Of a DNA stretch of 64,000 nucleotides, positions 8,589-19,232 are shown piece after piece. The first letter of the stretch is position 1, and every line of letters begins with the position of its first letter. A model generated the notes under the pieces. It did no database searches, was not told the DNA's origin, and worked only from the letters and a program-made list of their open reading frames with translations. The stretch lies in the NCBI GenBank assembly GCA_009859145.1, contig VRVR01000004.1, positions 44,407 through 108,406 of the forward strand. The letters run 5' to 3'. The stretch is from Andalucia godoyi And28 (lineage: Eukaryota > Protista > Jakobida). The position numbers and the translations under genes are program-made.

Positions 8589-9181
8589 CCCCGCTCTAAC
8601 TATTCCTACTATCAGTTCAGCTATACGAGTGCTTGCTTGTCTGCTTGCTCTTTTTCTGCAGTTCAGAACAGGAAAAAAATTATAATCGTACACAAACACT
8701 CACTCACTTACAGACATACACAGACGCACACCCAGAAAAAAGAATGCACGAAATAAAACAAAAATCGACCGAAAGGCTTCGAGCATTGGCAATGAGAGTT
8801 TTTGATTGAGAAGTGAATAAGTTGTACTGCCTGTCTACAGTCCGGTGATTCTCGGAGCATAATACAAAAAAAAAGGCACCTCGTTACCCTAGGAATAGAG
8901 AATAGGGTTTCCGGAAACACCAACTGTTCCCATCCAGCCCTTTTCTCTTCTCTTTCTGCGAGCGTTGAATTTTCCCACCAATTTTTTCTAAAGCAGCAAA
9001 ACATTTCTGATAACTTTCTTCTCCATTTGTTTTTTCTCCATCTTTTTCGTTCGTTTGTTACATATATATACGTATTCACATTTTTATTTTTGTTTCTTTA
9101 TCGGTGAGTGCTTGTTTTGTTTTGTTTCTTCTTCATCTTCTTCTTTCGCCATCCACCGTCACCGTCGTTGCCGTCACCATC

Positions 9182-9967
9182 ATGGATTCTACCCCGCTTC
9201 GATCGCCCAATGTACACGGAGATGATAATGTATCTCCGTCCAAGATTCGCATTCGGCAATTGTCGGACAAGCTGACTGGTCTTCAGGTTGGGCTTGAAGA
9301 AGAGCGGGTATCCCGACGAGAGGCGATCGAGATGAAAATCAAGGTTCTTGATGAGAAGCTGGCGCGTATCCAGACTGCAGAAGACAACAAATTCAAGATG
9401 CTGAAGGAACAGATTGGAAAGCTGCAGGAAGGACTTGCGACGGAAAGAATAGCACGTGAGATTCTTGATGAGCGCAAGACAAAGGAGCTCAAGCTTGTGG
9501 AATCTTCTGTGAGCTTGGATCTGAATGTGGAAAAGCAGGCTCGCAAGGACGCAGAGGCAAAGCTGCTCAAGCAAATGGACGAAAAGATTTTTAGCGTGCG
9601 ATTTGAGATGGCAAAGGAGAAGAAGCTGCGAGAAGAAGTGGAGGAAAAGGCACACAAGGAGGTATCAGATGAGGTGCTTCGACTTGCAGAAAGCATCGAG
9701 ATGGAGCGCCGAAGCAGGGAGGAAAAAACCGGCAAAATCACTGCAAAGTTCATGGACGACATTGCAAAAATCAGAGAATCGCTCTCGTCGGAAAGAAAGA
9801 TCCGCGAGGAGGCAGAGGCTGCGCTCGCGAGAATGATCGAGGACATGTCAAACAATGTTTCCGGACAGATTCAATACGAGAGAAAGGATCGTGAGTCCAC
9901 GGAAGAGACGCTGCTCAAGCTGCTCGAGGATACTTGCAACCGCGTAGAGAACGGGCTGCGCATCTAA
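9182..9967 (+). CDS. SF-assemblin / beta-giardin family striated-fibre protein
   Basis: Short Pro/Ser head (MDSTPLRSP) followed by a ~240-aa segmented coiled coil ending ERKDRESTEETLLKLLEDTCNRVE. Confidence 0.8.
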   Translation: MDSTPLRSPNVHGDDNVSPSKIRIRQLSDKLTGLQVGLEEERVSRREAIEMKIKVLDEKLARIQTAEDNKFKMLKEQIGKLQEGLATERIAREILDERKTKELKLVESSVSLDLNVEKQARKDAEAKLLKQMDEKIFSVRFEMAKEKKLREEVEEKAHKEVSDEVLRLAESIEMERRSREEKTGKITAKFMDDIAKIRESLSSERKIREEAEAALARMIEDMSNNVSGQIQYERKDRESTEETLLKLLEDTCNRVENGLRI

Positions 9968-10385
9968 GCCCATCCTCCTGTCTGTCCAGATTCGTACTGG
10001 TAGGTAGAGTGTTTGTATGGGAGGGTGAATTCTCTTGCTTTTGTTTCGTTGTTGTTGTTGTTTTCTGTTTGTTTTTGTTTTTGGTCCAGTTGGAATGAAC
10101 TTTGCTGTTGTCTGTGTTTTGTGTATGTGTGATCGTCACCCTCATCGTTGTCATCTGCATATTGTTTGCTGTATAAAGAAGAAAAAAGACATTCGACATA
10201 GAACATGGAGCAATGCGCTAGCATGCCAACAACTTGCTACGAAAACACAAACACATACTTGGCACGTACTCAATTTTGTGTTGTGGTTGTTGTTTTTTCC
10301 CCCCTGTTTTTTAATTAATTTTTTTTTTAATTTTTAAAATCTTGTTACCTACCAGTGTGGAACATTGTTGTGCAAGTCAAAATAC

Positions 10386-12668
10386 TCACCGGACAGTAGC
10401 ATTCGACAACGTCGCGGTGCACGGACCAGCGGATGTCGTGAAGACGGCACCCTTGTAATTCGGCACACACTTGGCATCCGTGGAAAGATGCGCCAGGATC
10501 TTGTCCAGTTTCTTTGTGTTGATGTGTGGAACATCCGGTTCGCGCGGATATCCAGCGAATGAAACACGTTCACCAACCTTTGCGCCCGCAGGAACTCCAA
10601 CAAGCTCGACCACTGTGTGCTCCTGATTGGAAGCAGCCAGAACCATTCCTGCAGATTCAATGCCACGCATCTTGGCGGGCTTGAGATTGCACAAGACAAG
10701 CACAAGTCGGTCCTGCATCTGTTCAATAGGAATGAACTTCACAAGCCCCGAGACAATGGTTCTGGGCTTTTCTTCACCCAAATCAATCTGCTCCACATAA
10801 AGAGACTCTGCATCCGGATGCCGCTTCACCTCCACAATCTTCCCGACACGGATTTCGAGTAAGTCAACTTCAGCTGGCTCATCGGCAGCAGACGCGGGCG
10901 CCTTCGTCGCAGGTGCGCCGATCTTCTTCTGTTCTTCCTTCTTGGCCTTATCGGCGCCGGGCTTCTGTGCGGCGGCACCAGAGGGCACACTCGCAACTTT
11001 CGGAGATGCTTCTTCCGCAGGAACCTCGTGCTTCTGGAAAAGAATATCCGGCGCGGGGCCAAACGGCTGTCCAGCAACCAACTTTCCAAAAACGAGCTTG
11101 TCGTCACCAAAGAAGTCCCTCTCTTGCAAACCAAGGGCGGTGAGGATCTTGGCGGAAGACTCGGGCATTGCCGGGTACACAAGGATCGACACCAATCGGA
11201 CTCCTTCAATCACAATGTACATGACCGTGGAGCACCTTGCGGGATCTGATTTGATGAGCCTCCACGGTGCGCTGTCCGTGACGTACTTGTTGAGCTCCAT
11301 CAAAACATCCCAGATGCCCTGCAGAGCCTTCTGGATGTCAACAGCATTGCGGAAATGGTGGTCAACCCAGCCCGGCAAGTCCGACAGCAATCCGATGAGC
11401 GCATTATCCACGTCATTGTATGCGCCCGGTTGCGGCACCTTCTGATCGGGAACCAGTTTTTGCGAAATGCAGCGAAGAACAAGGTTTCCAAGAGAATCTG
11501 CAAGATCCGAGTTGAGACGACGGATCATCGCCGTTTCAGAATAGTCACCATCCGACGACAAGGACGCTTCTCGCAAAAGGAAGAACCGAAGAGCATCAAG
11601 ACCGAAGCGCTGCGCAACCTCCAAAGGGTCAAATACGTTTCCAAGAGACTTTGAGATCTTCTGCTTGTCCTTGGTCCACCAGCCGTGGGCAACAACCTTC
11701 TTTGGCAGCGCAATACCAGCACCCACCAGGAATGCTGGCCAGTAGATCGCATGGAACTTCAGGATGTCCTTACCGACGATGTGGTAATCTGCAGGCCAGC
11801 ACCAATCTGCCTGTCCTTCTTTTCCTGGGAATCCCGAGGCGGTGAGGTAGTTTGTCAATGCATCCAGCCAAACATACACCACATGGTTGGGATCCTCCGG
11901 AACATCAATGCCCCATTTGACAGCGCTCTTGTTGCGCGACACCGAAAGGTCGTGGAGGCCCCCAGAGACAAATTGCTGAACTTCGCGAGCACGAAAAGCT
12001 GGAATTACGGAATCTGCGTTCTTCTCAATCCATTCCAACACGGGTTTTTCAAACGCCGAGAGTTTGAACATGTAGTTCTCTTCCTGTTTCCATTCGCATA
12101 TCCCATTCGTCTCAATGGATCGTTTGCATGGCTTCCCGTTGTTGTCCACGGAATCACACACCTGCGATTCCGTATAGAACGCCTCGTCGGTGATGCAGTA
12201 CCAACCCTCATGTTTTCCAACGTAAATTAGTCCCGCATCGCGAAGACGACGCCACATGTGAGCTACTGCCTGCTCATGATCCGCATCCGTAGTGCGGATA
12301 AAATAGTCATACTTGCAGTTCATATTGTCAAACATGTGGCGGAAACGAGAAGAAATGTCGTCACAGAATTCCTTGGGGGTAACACCACGAGCTTCGGCGG
12401 ACTGGGCAACTTTTTGACCATGTTCATCCGTTCCGGTCATGAAGAACACCGGAATGTCTCGCACACGAAACCACCGTGCGAGTGCGTCAGCAATGATGGT
12501 GGTGTAGACATGGCCAATGTGCGGAAGAGCATTCACATAGTAAATCGGGGTGGTAATATAGACGCGCTTACTCGGTCTCGACGACAGACGGTACCGGACC
12601 TTCTCGGAGCCTTTGGCAGCCGCAACTTCCGCTAGAACAACCTATTGACACAACCAAACCAAAAAAAA

Positions 12669-12699
<31 letters not shown>

Positions 12700-13632
12700 A
12701 CGGCGAGGGAGGAGAGGAAAGACGGGGGGGAATTGAGGAAGACGCAAACGATTTTTCAGTAAGTAAAAACATTCTGTTTGTTTGTTTGTTTGTTTTTGTT
12801 TTTGGTTCTAGATACTTATGAAAAGAAGAGATCTCAAGTACAATTCGTGAGATGAGTGAAAAAGAATTCATACAGTCAACTGCGACGCAGAGTCGATATT
12901 GTATGCCTTCAGACCCTGGATGAACGATTTTTCCTGTCCAAGTCTGTTTGCGTACTCCACAAGTGACGGAAACGCTGAGACAAGGTCCGCCGAACCCTTC
13001 GTAGACTGTGCAAACAACACGAACAAATACGGAAACACAACGATGTCAGCCAACGACAACGAGCCGCCAAACATGTACGATGAATTGGAATTGGCGGCAA
13101 GCTTTTCTTTTAGAGATTCCAAATGCACACGAACACGATCACCACCCTCTGCGCCTTCTGACGCGACAAACACTGCAACATCACGTGAAAAGTGCGTTTC
13201 CTCCCACTCGATGACCTCTGAAATCTGTGCTGCCTCAATGGCTTCGGTGCGCAGTAATGGACGGCCCGTTGGCTTTGCTGCAATATGCCGGCAAATCGCA
13301 TTGCCAAAGAGCACGGATTGTGCGCGATCCAGATCCACGACAGGAACTGCACCGGTCGGAGACCGCATCCAGAATTCCTCGTCCTTGTGTTCACGGTCTG
13401 CTCAAACAAATTGAAATTAGCAATACACCGCGGTAAGCATAATAAGCATCAAGATGAGTTAATGCATTGCATGGGGACTGTGAAACGCAGAGGGTGGAAT
13501 ACGAAGAACGGAAAGAAAAACTGACAAACCTTTGGGATCAACAAGAGCCAGCGTCAGAGGAACGCCAGCGGCCTTGGAAGCAATCATGCATTTCAATGCC
13601 TCGGCATTCCCGGCATTGGTAAACAGCTTCAT
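10386..13632 (-). CDS. MARS: Methionyl-tRNA synthetase: GST-like N-domain + MetRS1-type core + C-terminal EMAPII/Trbp tRNA-binding domain; 3 exons
   Basis: Exons 13632-13530, 13397-12874 and 12641-10386, with in-frame GT-AG introns of 132 and 232 bp. Motifs: TTPIYYVNALPHIGH (HIGH), TGTDEHGQK, KISKSLGN and the C-terminal LEIRVGKIVEVKRHPDAESLYVEQIDLGE. Confidence 0.9.
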
Positions 13633-14070
13633 GGCTCAAAAATACAGGACAATACGCAGCGAACAGAAGCGATGATGAATTGGCGAACAACAACAGAAAA
13701 ATTTGCAACGACTACTACTTCGACTGCCACTACTACTTTGTTGAAATGAAAGGAAAAAGAAAACAGAAAGAAACACGAATTGCTATCGTGAACACACGCG
13801 AAGTGCCGATGAAAGGGAATGACAATTCATTCCGGGCTTTCTGTCAGTCCAGTCATTTCTTGAAGTGTTCATTGCAATAAGAGAATGGACGCTTCACACT
13901 TGAACGGAACCCACTCGATTCATGTTTGGTGTTGTTGTTGTTGATGATTATTTTCCCCCCTAGTTCTTTTTCATATTCCGTGTCGCACTACACATCGAGC
14001 ACAAACTCACACTCCAGGTTTTTTTATTTTTTTTATTTTCTTTGTCTGATACGTATAGCATCTTCACACA

Positions 14071-14823
14071 ATGATGAACAGTCAGCTTGCTCGCGAGATC
14101 GCAAATATGGAGATTGGAAGCCGAGGCCAGACGTGCTCGGTGCATTTGTACGGAGAAGAACAGAAGCGAACAACAGAGCCTATTGTGACGGGAACTTCTG
14201 TTCTCGGGCTTAAGTACCGTGACGGGATTCTGATTGCGTGTGATACTCTTGCTTCGTATGGGTCAATGGCCAAGTTCCGAAGTGTCCAGCGCGTTGTGCA
14301 GTCTGGACCGGACTCGGTTGTCGGTGCGTCTGGGGAATATTCGGATTTCCAGCATATCCAGGAGCTGCTTGACAATCTGGCAATGGATGATTTGTACGCC
14401 CAGGATAACAAGACGTATGGACCGAAGGAAATCTACTCGTATCTCTCCCGTGTAATGTACAATCGGCGATCCAAGATGAATCCGCTGTGGAACGCTCTTG
14501 TTGTTGGTGGGTTCCGTGGAGGAAAGCCCTTTTTGGGACAGATTGATCTTGTAGGAACGCATTTTGAAGACGAGTCTATTGCAACTGGGTACGGTGCCTA
14601 CCTTGCAAGGCCGCTCATGAGGGAAGCACTCAAGAGAAAACCATCCAGCGAATTGTCGGAGGAAGAAGCGAGAAAGGTCCTCGAGGATTGCCTCAGAGTG
14701 CTGTTTTACAGAGAATGCAGAACGATCAACAAGTTCCAAATGGCGCGAGTGAATGCACATGGCGTCACCATCAGCCAGCCGTTTGCTGTCTCTACTCAGT
14801 GGGAATTCCAGTCGTTCCAGTAG
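14071..14823 (+). CDS. PSMB4: 20S proteasome subunit beta-7 (PSMB4/Pre4)
   Basis: TTEPIVTGTSVLGLKY, DTLASYGS, MYNRRSKMNPLWN and ATGYGAYLARPL motifs. Confidence 0.95.
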   Translation: MMNSQLAREIANMEIGSRGQTCSVHLYGEEQKRTTEPIVTGTSVLGLKYRDGILIACDTLASYGSMAKFRSVQRVVQSGPDSVVGASGEYSDFQHIQELLDNLAMDDLYAQDNKTYGPKEIYSYLSRVMYNRRSKMNPLWNALVVGGFRGGKPFLGQIDLVGTHFEDESIATGYGAYLARPLMREALKRKPSSELSEEEARKVLEDCLRVLFYRECRTINKFQMARVNAHGVTISQPFAVSTQWEFQSFQ

Positions 14824-15292
14824 TGACGAGCCGCTTTCCTTAGGACAGTCCTCCTTGGTTCCCAATTAAAAAAGCACATACAATTCATGCACACACACAC
14901 ACACACACACACACAAGCGTGCGTTCTTCGGTCCTCTTTTTCTTTCTCTCTCTCTCTCGCCAGAGAAATCACGCATGGAATCAGTTACCACAGCGGCTGT
15001 ACGTGCACCACGACTCTCTCAGTCCGGGTTTCCAAGTCTTCCGATGCTTTTATTTAAAACACCAGGTGGAATACTTCAATTTGCAGATTCTACGTCTCCA
15101 AGCTTTTTGTTTGTGTTGGACTGCCTTTTCGCGTTCCCAAGAAAAAGAGGAAAAAAGGAAGGAAAAATTCTGACAAGCAATATCCATCGATCTGTCTGTC
15201 TGTCTGTCTGTCAATCTCCCGTTTTTTTAATTTTGAGTGTTGCTCGTTTTCTTTATTAAATTATAACAGGGGGAGAAAGAAACTTTCGAGGG

Positions 15293-15979
15293 ATGTTTAC
15301 AGTTCGCAGTTCGTCTTTGCTGAGTGCTTCGCGCCGAGCTGTGCGAATGTCTGTTTTCCCCACTCGGCGTTGGTTCTCCAACGAAACTTCAACTCCGGCC
15401 AACAATGACCAATCAAAGCCGACTCCCTCCTCCTCTTCATCATCATCGTCGTCGTCTGCAAACGGATCTGCAAACGCAAACGGAAACGGAAACGGAAACG
15501 GAAATGGTGAAGTAATGGAAGGGTTGAAAAAGCAGTTGGAAGAGGCGTCTGCAAAGCTGAAAGAATGCGAGTCAAAATACCTGTATGCACTTGCCGAGAC
15601 TGAAAACGTGCGAACACGTGCGCGTCGGGACGTGGAGAATGCAAACAAGTATGGAATCTCAAAGTTTGCGCAGTCGCTGCTAGATGTTGCGGACAATCTG
15701 CAGCGTGCATTGACGGCGGTGTCCGAGTCAGATAAGAAGAGCTCGCTGTTCACTGGTGTCCAGATGACTGAAAAGGTCCTCACAAAGGCATTCGAAGTCA
15801 ACGGATTGGTCAAAATGAGCGCAATGGGCGAGTCGTTCAATCCGGAAGTCCATCAAGCAATGTTTGAAATGCCCGGAGATAAGCCCGGGACGATCGCCGC
15901 TGTCCTCAGAGATGGATATGTCCTCCACGGTCGAACCATTCGCCCCGCTCAAGTCGGCGTGATCAAGGCAAAGGATTAA
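15293..15979 (+). CDS. GRPE: Mitochondrial GrpE nucleotide-exchange factor
   Basis: Arg/Ser-rich presequence; YALAETENVRTR, FAQSLLDVADNL, FNPEVHQAMF and GYVLHGRTIRPAQVGV. Confidence 0.95.
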   Translation: MFTVRSSSLLSASRRAVRMSVFPTRRWFSNETSTPANNDQSKPTPSSSSSSSSSSANGSANANGNGNGNGNGEVMEGLKKQLEEASAKLKECESKYLYALAETENVRTRARRDVENANKYGISKFAQSLLDVADNLQRALTAVSESDKKSSLFTGVQMTEKVLTKAFEVNGLVKMSAMGESFNPEVHQAMFEMPGDKPGTIAAVLRDGYVLHGRTIRPAQVGVIKAKD

Positions 15980-16192
15980 GTGGGTCGTTCTCGTCCGTCG
16001 GCACGAGTGCGTGTGTGTGTGTGTTTCTGTTTTCATTTCTTTATTGCTATTCGCTCTTTGACTTTTCTTTTTAATTGCTTTCATTCGGCGTGCTATGTTT
16101 GTCTGTGAGTCTTCAACCCCTAGAATACACAAAACAAAAAAACATACATCCTCTTTTCATAGTGCAACACCACGACACTGGCTCTCATCCAC

Positions 16193-16757
16193 CGTTGAAT
16201 AATAGCACGTCATTGTCATGCATACGGGGGAGTATACATGAACAGACACGGTTAACACTGGCCGACAGTAGCTCGTTTGTTTCACAGGAATTCGTGCTTG
16301 CGCGTAGCCATCCATCATTCGTTCAGCGCACTGCCAAGAGGCGAGCTTCCAAGACACGATCTCCAGTCCCCAGCACTCAGGGCAGCCAACCCCAAGCAGA
16401 AGTCTCAGGGACTGTCTCTTGCAGAACTCTTGGTATTCTGCTACGATGCCCCAGGCGCAGTCGCAGTCGCAAAACCCCACCGTCTTCCTACCGCCTCTTC
16501 CTCTCGTATCTCCAGGTGCATCAATCGCTCCTGCTGCTAGGGCCGCCAGACTCAAAATGCACCCTTCTCAGGAACAACGTGTCACGCTGAGAAAGTGGCT
16601 CACAGACTGATCGAGATTGGGAACGGAGCGCGGAGCATCTATCTGAAGAGCGCCGTGAGGCGTGTTGGGGGCCGATCCCCTTCCCGGCAGCGGGATGCAA
16701 GACTGAATATGCATGTCTATTCGTAGATATATGCATGTTCGGTGTGTAATGTAGGCG
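16193..16757 (+). mobile_element. Non-autonomous IS607/Fanzor2-derived element, copy 3 (type A)
   Basis: Left end CCG|TTGAATAATAGCACGTCATTGTCATGCATAC. Encodes LQNSWYS...ARLKMHPSQEQRVTLRKWL (resembles the TnpB N-terminal RLYPTxEQ motif) fused directly to DRDW. Ends GTGTAATGTAGGCG. Confidence 0.85.
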
Positions 16758-16991
16758 TACATGTCCGGGAAACCTACCTACTACGGCAGTTTCATTTCTG
16801 TCGCTGCTTCCCTTGGTTTTGGCCAACAATTCAACACAAACAAATGAAAGACTCTTCAAATCCTTTTGCGCTGGCTTTGTACTGCTGCGAACGAACGACT
16901 CGCGTTTTCGTTTCTCAAAAAATAAGAGCCCACAGAGAAGAAGAAGAAAAGGACGGGGAAAAAATCGGAGAGATCGAAAGACACAGCAAAC

Positions 16992-18920
16992 ATGGACGAT
17001 GCGCAGTCAAGACTCCGAGAAATGGACCAGTTTTTCGAGGGTGACATCAAGCGAGAAGGCGCTTCGCTACCAGACCGACTTGTACGTCATTCTTTTCCCT
17101 TGCCCTTGAAACAAAATACAGACGCACACGCATACACTTGTGCATATTACACGATGAGAAGAACCAGAACTCTTACATTTTTGCTTACGATTCTTCTCAA
17201 CTGCACGCTGGCGGTTTTGATGAGCCTTTCTTTTAATTTGGATGTGACCAAAAAAACATACCTGTGAAAACAGAGAAGGATTCTGCAGCCACGAAGAAAT
17301 CAAGCGAGTGGCATTGTGAAGCGAGGTGATTCTGCGGGGTCTAACAGGACGTCAAAGACGATGCGCTCGAGGAAGTCCGGGCTGCAGGGCGAGGGTGGGT
17401 TCATGTCCGGGTCTTCGTCGTCTTCTTCTTCCGAGCAGAAACTGCACCGAGAACTCACGTTTTATACTTCGGAACACATGGTGAGTTCCCGGACAATTGT
17501 ATTCTTGGATCCGCAGCGAGTCGACGCAGCATTCAAATTCGACCCAAAGTACGTTCCAAGACACGCTCACGGGACGAAACGCGAGAGAGGAAACATAAAG
17601 TACAAGGACGCAAAGGAGGCTCTCAAAGTCAACAGGGTCGTGCCTGTCCCAGCTGCGTGTCTGTACTATATGATTAATCCTACAAACACCGCATCGGCGT
17701 GCTCGCTGGCAATGAACACCGTGACGCATTTGCCGCCTATCTCTCCAACAAAACTGTCCGAAAGGACAGTGTACGTCGGCCAGGCGTCCCCAACGGCATC
17801 GACAGCATGGACAACCGAACCCGAGAAATCAAACCCGGCGAAAAGCATGTCTCCGCCGCTGCAGAGAGTCGTGGACGACAGTTCCACGGAGAAATTTATT
17901 CATATCTCTCACGGCGCGTACTTGTTCTGTGTGCTTCGCGACGGAAGGATTCCGTGCATTCCGTTCTTGGTGCCGACAGAAGAACGCGCTGCGTTTGAGA
18001 AGCTGTACGGCGTCGCGAACGTGTCGCTGTATCCAGAGGTGCAAATCCGCGCAAAGTCGTTCGTCGAAGAAGATCTGTTCCCGTGGAGATCTGGCGAAAG
18101 ATACAAGAAGGAAATGGAGACAACGATCGCCAAGATCAATAGTTTGCAGAACTTGTCGCTCAAGAACTCGCTGCTGAAAGATCACAATGCAGATGGAGAC
18201 TCGAGCGCCGCTAGCCCGGACGAAAAGACCCGACTGACCGCGGAGGAGGGAATCAACACCTCGCATGTGCGAAAGCCCGCACATATGCCGTCGATGGAAG
18301 AAATTTTCGAGTTGCAGAAAAATCTCAAGTTCTTTGTCTCGGAGACGTCGCTCATCGGAAGACAGATTGTGTATGTGGACCTGCAGAAGGTTAATCAGTC
18401 CTTTTTCTACGATCGAAAGTACGTCGGTCCCGGCGGCCGGGGTTCTCGTAGAAAGCGCTCTTTTCAGGCTTACCAGGATATTCGCAAGAAGGTGCGATCG
18501 TGCCAGACCGTTCCAGTGATTGCGGCGCAGCTCCTGGACGCTGACGAAGTGGATATTTCAATTGACCGCCGCACCATTGATCTCGTTGAGCTGGTGGTGC
18601 ATTTTGTCGAGGGAAGCCATCTCTTCGCGGTTTTGAGAGACGCCGGATGTCCTTCTATTCCTTTGCTGGTGATGGAGGAGGAGGCCGAGGCGTTTGAAAG
18701 CGAGTTTGGCGTCACAGATCCGGCACTTTGTGAAGGCGAGCCTGCGTACTTGCTGGATCCGCCCGCGAAGCCCAGCGAGCAGACCGGAGATTCGCCGCAT
18801 GTTTGGAGCCAGCCACCAGTCGAGATTCGATCGAAAGACGAAGTAGAGCATCCGTGGAGACGAGGATGGAAAAAGGAGCAATCGGCGGGGAAGAGATCAG
18901 GTCACTCGATGACAGTTTGA
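16992..18920 (+). CDS. Uncharacterised protein with two tandem ParB/sulfiredoxin-like domains; 2 exons
   Basis: Exon 1 is 16992-17081 (GTACGT donor) and exon 2 is 17289-18920 (in-frame CAG acceptor). Internal duplication: F-x-S...IV-x-D-x-x-V...D-x-KYV...Y...VPV-x-AA...G-x-LF-x-VLRD...IP-x-LV...AF...G...PWR occurs twice. Confidence 0.65.
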
Positions 18921-19232
18921 TAAATATAAAAAAAACGGATGACACACGGATGCTGTGAAAGAAAGAGAGCGAGAAGAAACGACTCTTGCCCATTCTTCTT
19001 GGAAATTTATTTATCCCACAACGGCGCTGCAGCGACAAAAGGAATGGAACAGAAACGGCCAAACGGTCAAACGGAGTAGACAACAAAAAAAAAATGTACT
19101 GTTTAATATAATGTATCAATAAAACAGAAGAAGAAAATGGCAGGGCAATGTACAACTCGTGTGGTATTTCCTAGTTGTTATTGTTTCTTTTTGTGTGTGT
19201 TTTTCTTTTTGCGGTGGGAGGGATGGAGGCTG

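Noticed and set aside
16193-16757. CRISPR-like array or tRNA genes among the repeated intergenic sequences
   Set aside because: The repeats are dispersed rather than tandem with spacers, and no cloverleaf with T-loop/D-loop consensus was found anywhere in the window.
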